Source of the DNA: an uncultured Actinomycetota bacterium
Lineage (GTDB): Bacteria > Actinomycetota > Actinomycetes > Mycobacteriales > Mycobacteriaceae
Direction: 5' to 3'
Assembly (NCBI GenBank): GCA_963801365.1
Contig: CAWDEZ010000007.1
Coordinates: 276,124 to 340,123 of the forward strand
Length of the DNA: 64,000 nucleotides
Each line of letters opens with the position of its first letter. The stretch's first letter is position 1. The notes under the pieces are model-generated. The model was not told where the DNA came from. It ran no database searches and saw nothing but the letters and a program-made list of their open reading frames with translations. Below are positions 63,246-64,000 of this stretch, piece after piece. A program made the position numbers and the translations under genes.

Positions 63246-64000
63246 TGGGCTGCCCCGCGTTTTCCGGACTGTTGATTTTGCGTTCATTTATGCGGCGAGC
63301 TGCGAATTCAGGTATTCGGTGCGGACTTCGTGTGGTGTCCGGTAGCCGAGTGCGGAGTGAATTCGTCGTTGATTGTAGAACAGTTCGATGTAGCGGGCAA
63401 TGTCCTCCTTGGCTTTCGTTCGGGTCGGATACACCATGTGGTGCACTCGCTCGTTCTTCAGGCTGGCGAAAAACGATTCGGCGAGCGCATTGTCCCAGCA
63501 TTGACCGGTGCGGCCGACGGAATGGCGCAGCCCCAGATCGCTCAGCGTGGCACGGTAGGTATGGGACACGTATTGTGTACCGCGGTCGGAATGCAGAATA
63601 CAATCCGGTTCGAGTCGGTGATTCCGCACCGCCATCTCCAGCGCATCGGTGACCAATTCGGTGCGCAGATGATCGGCAATGGACCAGCCGATCACCTCGC
63701 GGTTGAAACAATCGATAAGCGTCGCCAAATAGAGCCAGCCCTGCCACGTCCGGATATAGGTGATGTCGCCGACGACCTTGATGCCGGGCCGGTCGGCGGT
63801 GAAGTCCCGCCGGACCAGGTCGACGGTGTCGGGTGCGTCCGGGTCGGGCACGGTGGTGGTGCGGAACGGCCTGGGCTGCACCGGAACCAAGCCCAGCTCG
63901 CGCATCAGCCGACGGACCAGCTCGGGGCCGACCCGCTCGTCGGCGCGGAGGAGTTCGGCGTGGATGCGGCGGTAGCCGTAGGTGCCGCCGAACGCCTCGA
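63246..64000 (-). mobile_element. IS3-family element, copy 2 (partial, OrfB 3' part)
   Basis: Matches copy 1 from 51977 onward; identical OrfB translation. Confidence 0.93.

Noticed and set aside
62839-63747. 302-aa minus-strand ORF
   Set aside because: A chimeric read-through of an IS3 alternate frame, an element end and the NTase-like fragment.
1-64000. CRISPR array, rRNA genes
   Set aside because: No regularly spaced repeat-spacer series and no rRNA-like sequence. The 37-bp repeats are kilobases apart.

Overview
High-GC actinobacterial DNA, Mycobacteriaceae by synteny with the M. tuberculosis metV / Rv2309c-Rv2330c region. There are three zones. (1) 1-14.7 kb is a decayed genomic island downstream of a minus-strand tRNA(CAU). 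It holds nested tyrosine-recombinase elements inside an IS256, an IS630, prophage remnants (primase, small-terminase-like, HNH), an mrr restriction gene between two inverted IS1380 copies, an orphan tRNA-Gly(CCC) att core, a serine hydrolase and an integrase stump. (2) 14.8-30.2 kb is intact core genome: CMD/AhpD-like protein, TldD/PmbA pair, uspABC sugar ABC transporter, ECF transporter, MarR, NTF2, VIT1, acyl-CoA oxidase/dehydrogenase, lppP and DUF4189. (3) 30.2-64 kb is a second, heavily scrambled accessory region. It contains a ClpC-fragment/KAP-NTPase fusion, duplicated adenylate-cyclase/STAND-ATPase operons, a split P450, YcnI/CopC, an OLD-family ATPase-TOPRIM nuclease, and IS3 (2 copies), IS1634 and DUF6431-type elements. 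The most notable unexplained structure is a 37-bp repeat with a dyad core (GTCT-N6-AGAC). It occurs five times in direct orientation and once inverted, and its right edge marks an abrupt switch between unrelated cargo genes. No CRISPR array or rRNA was seen. Family assignments come from recognised motifs only; no database searches were run.
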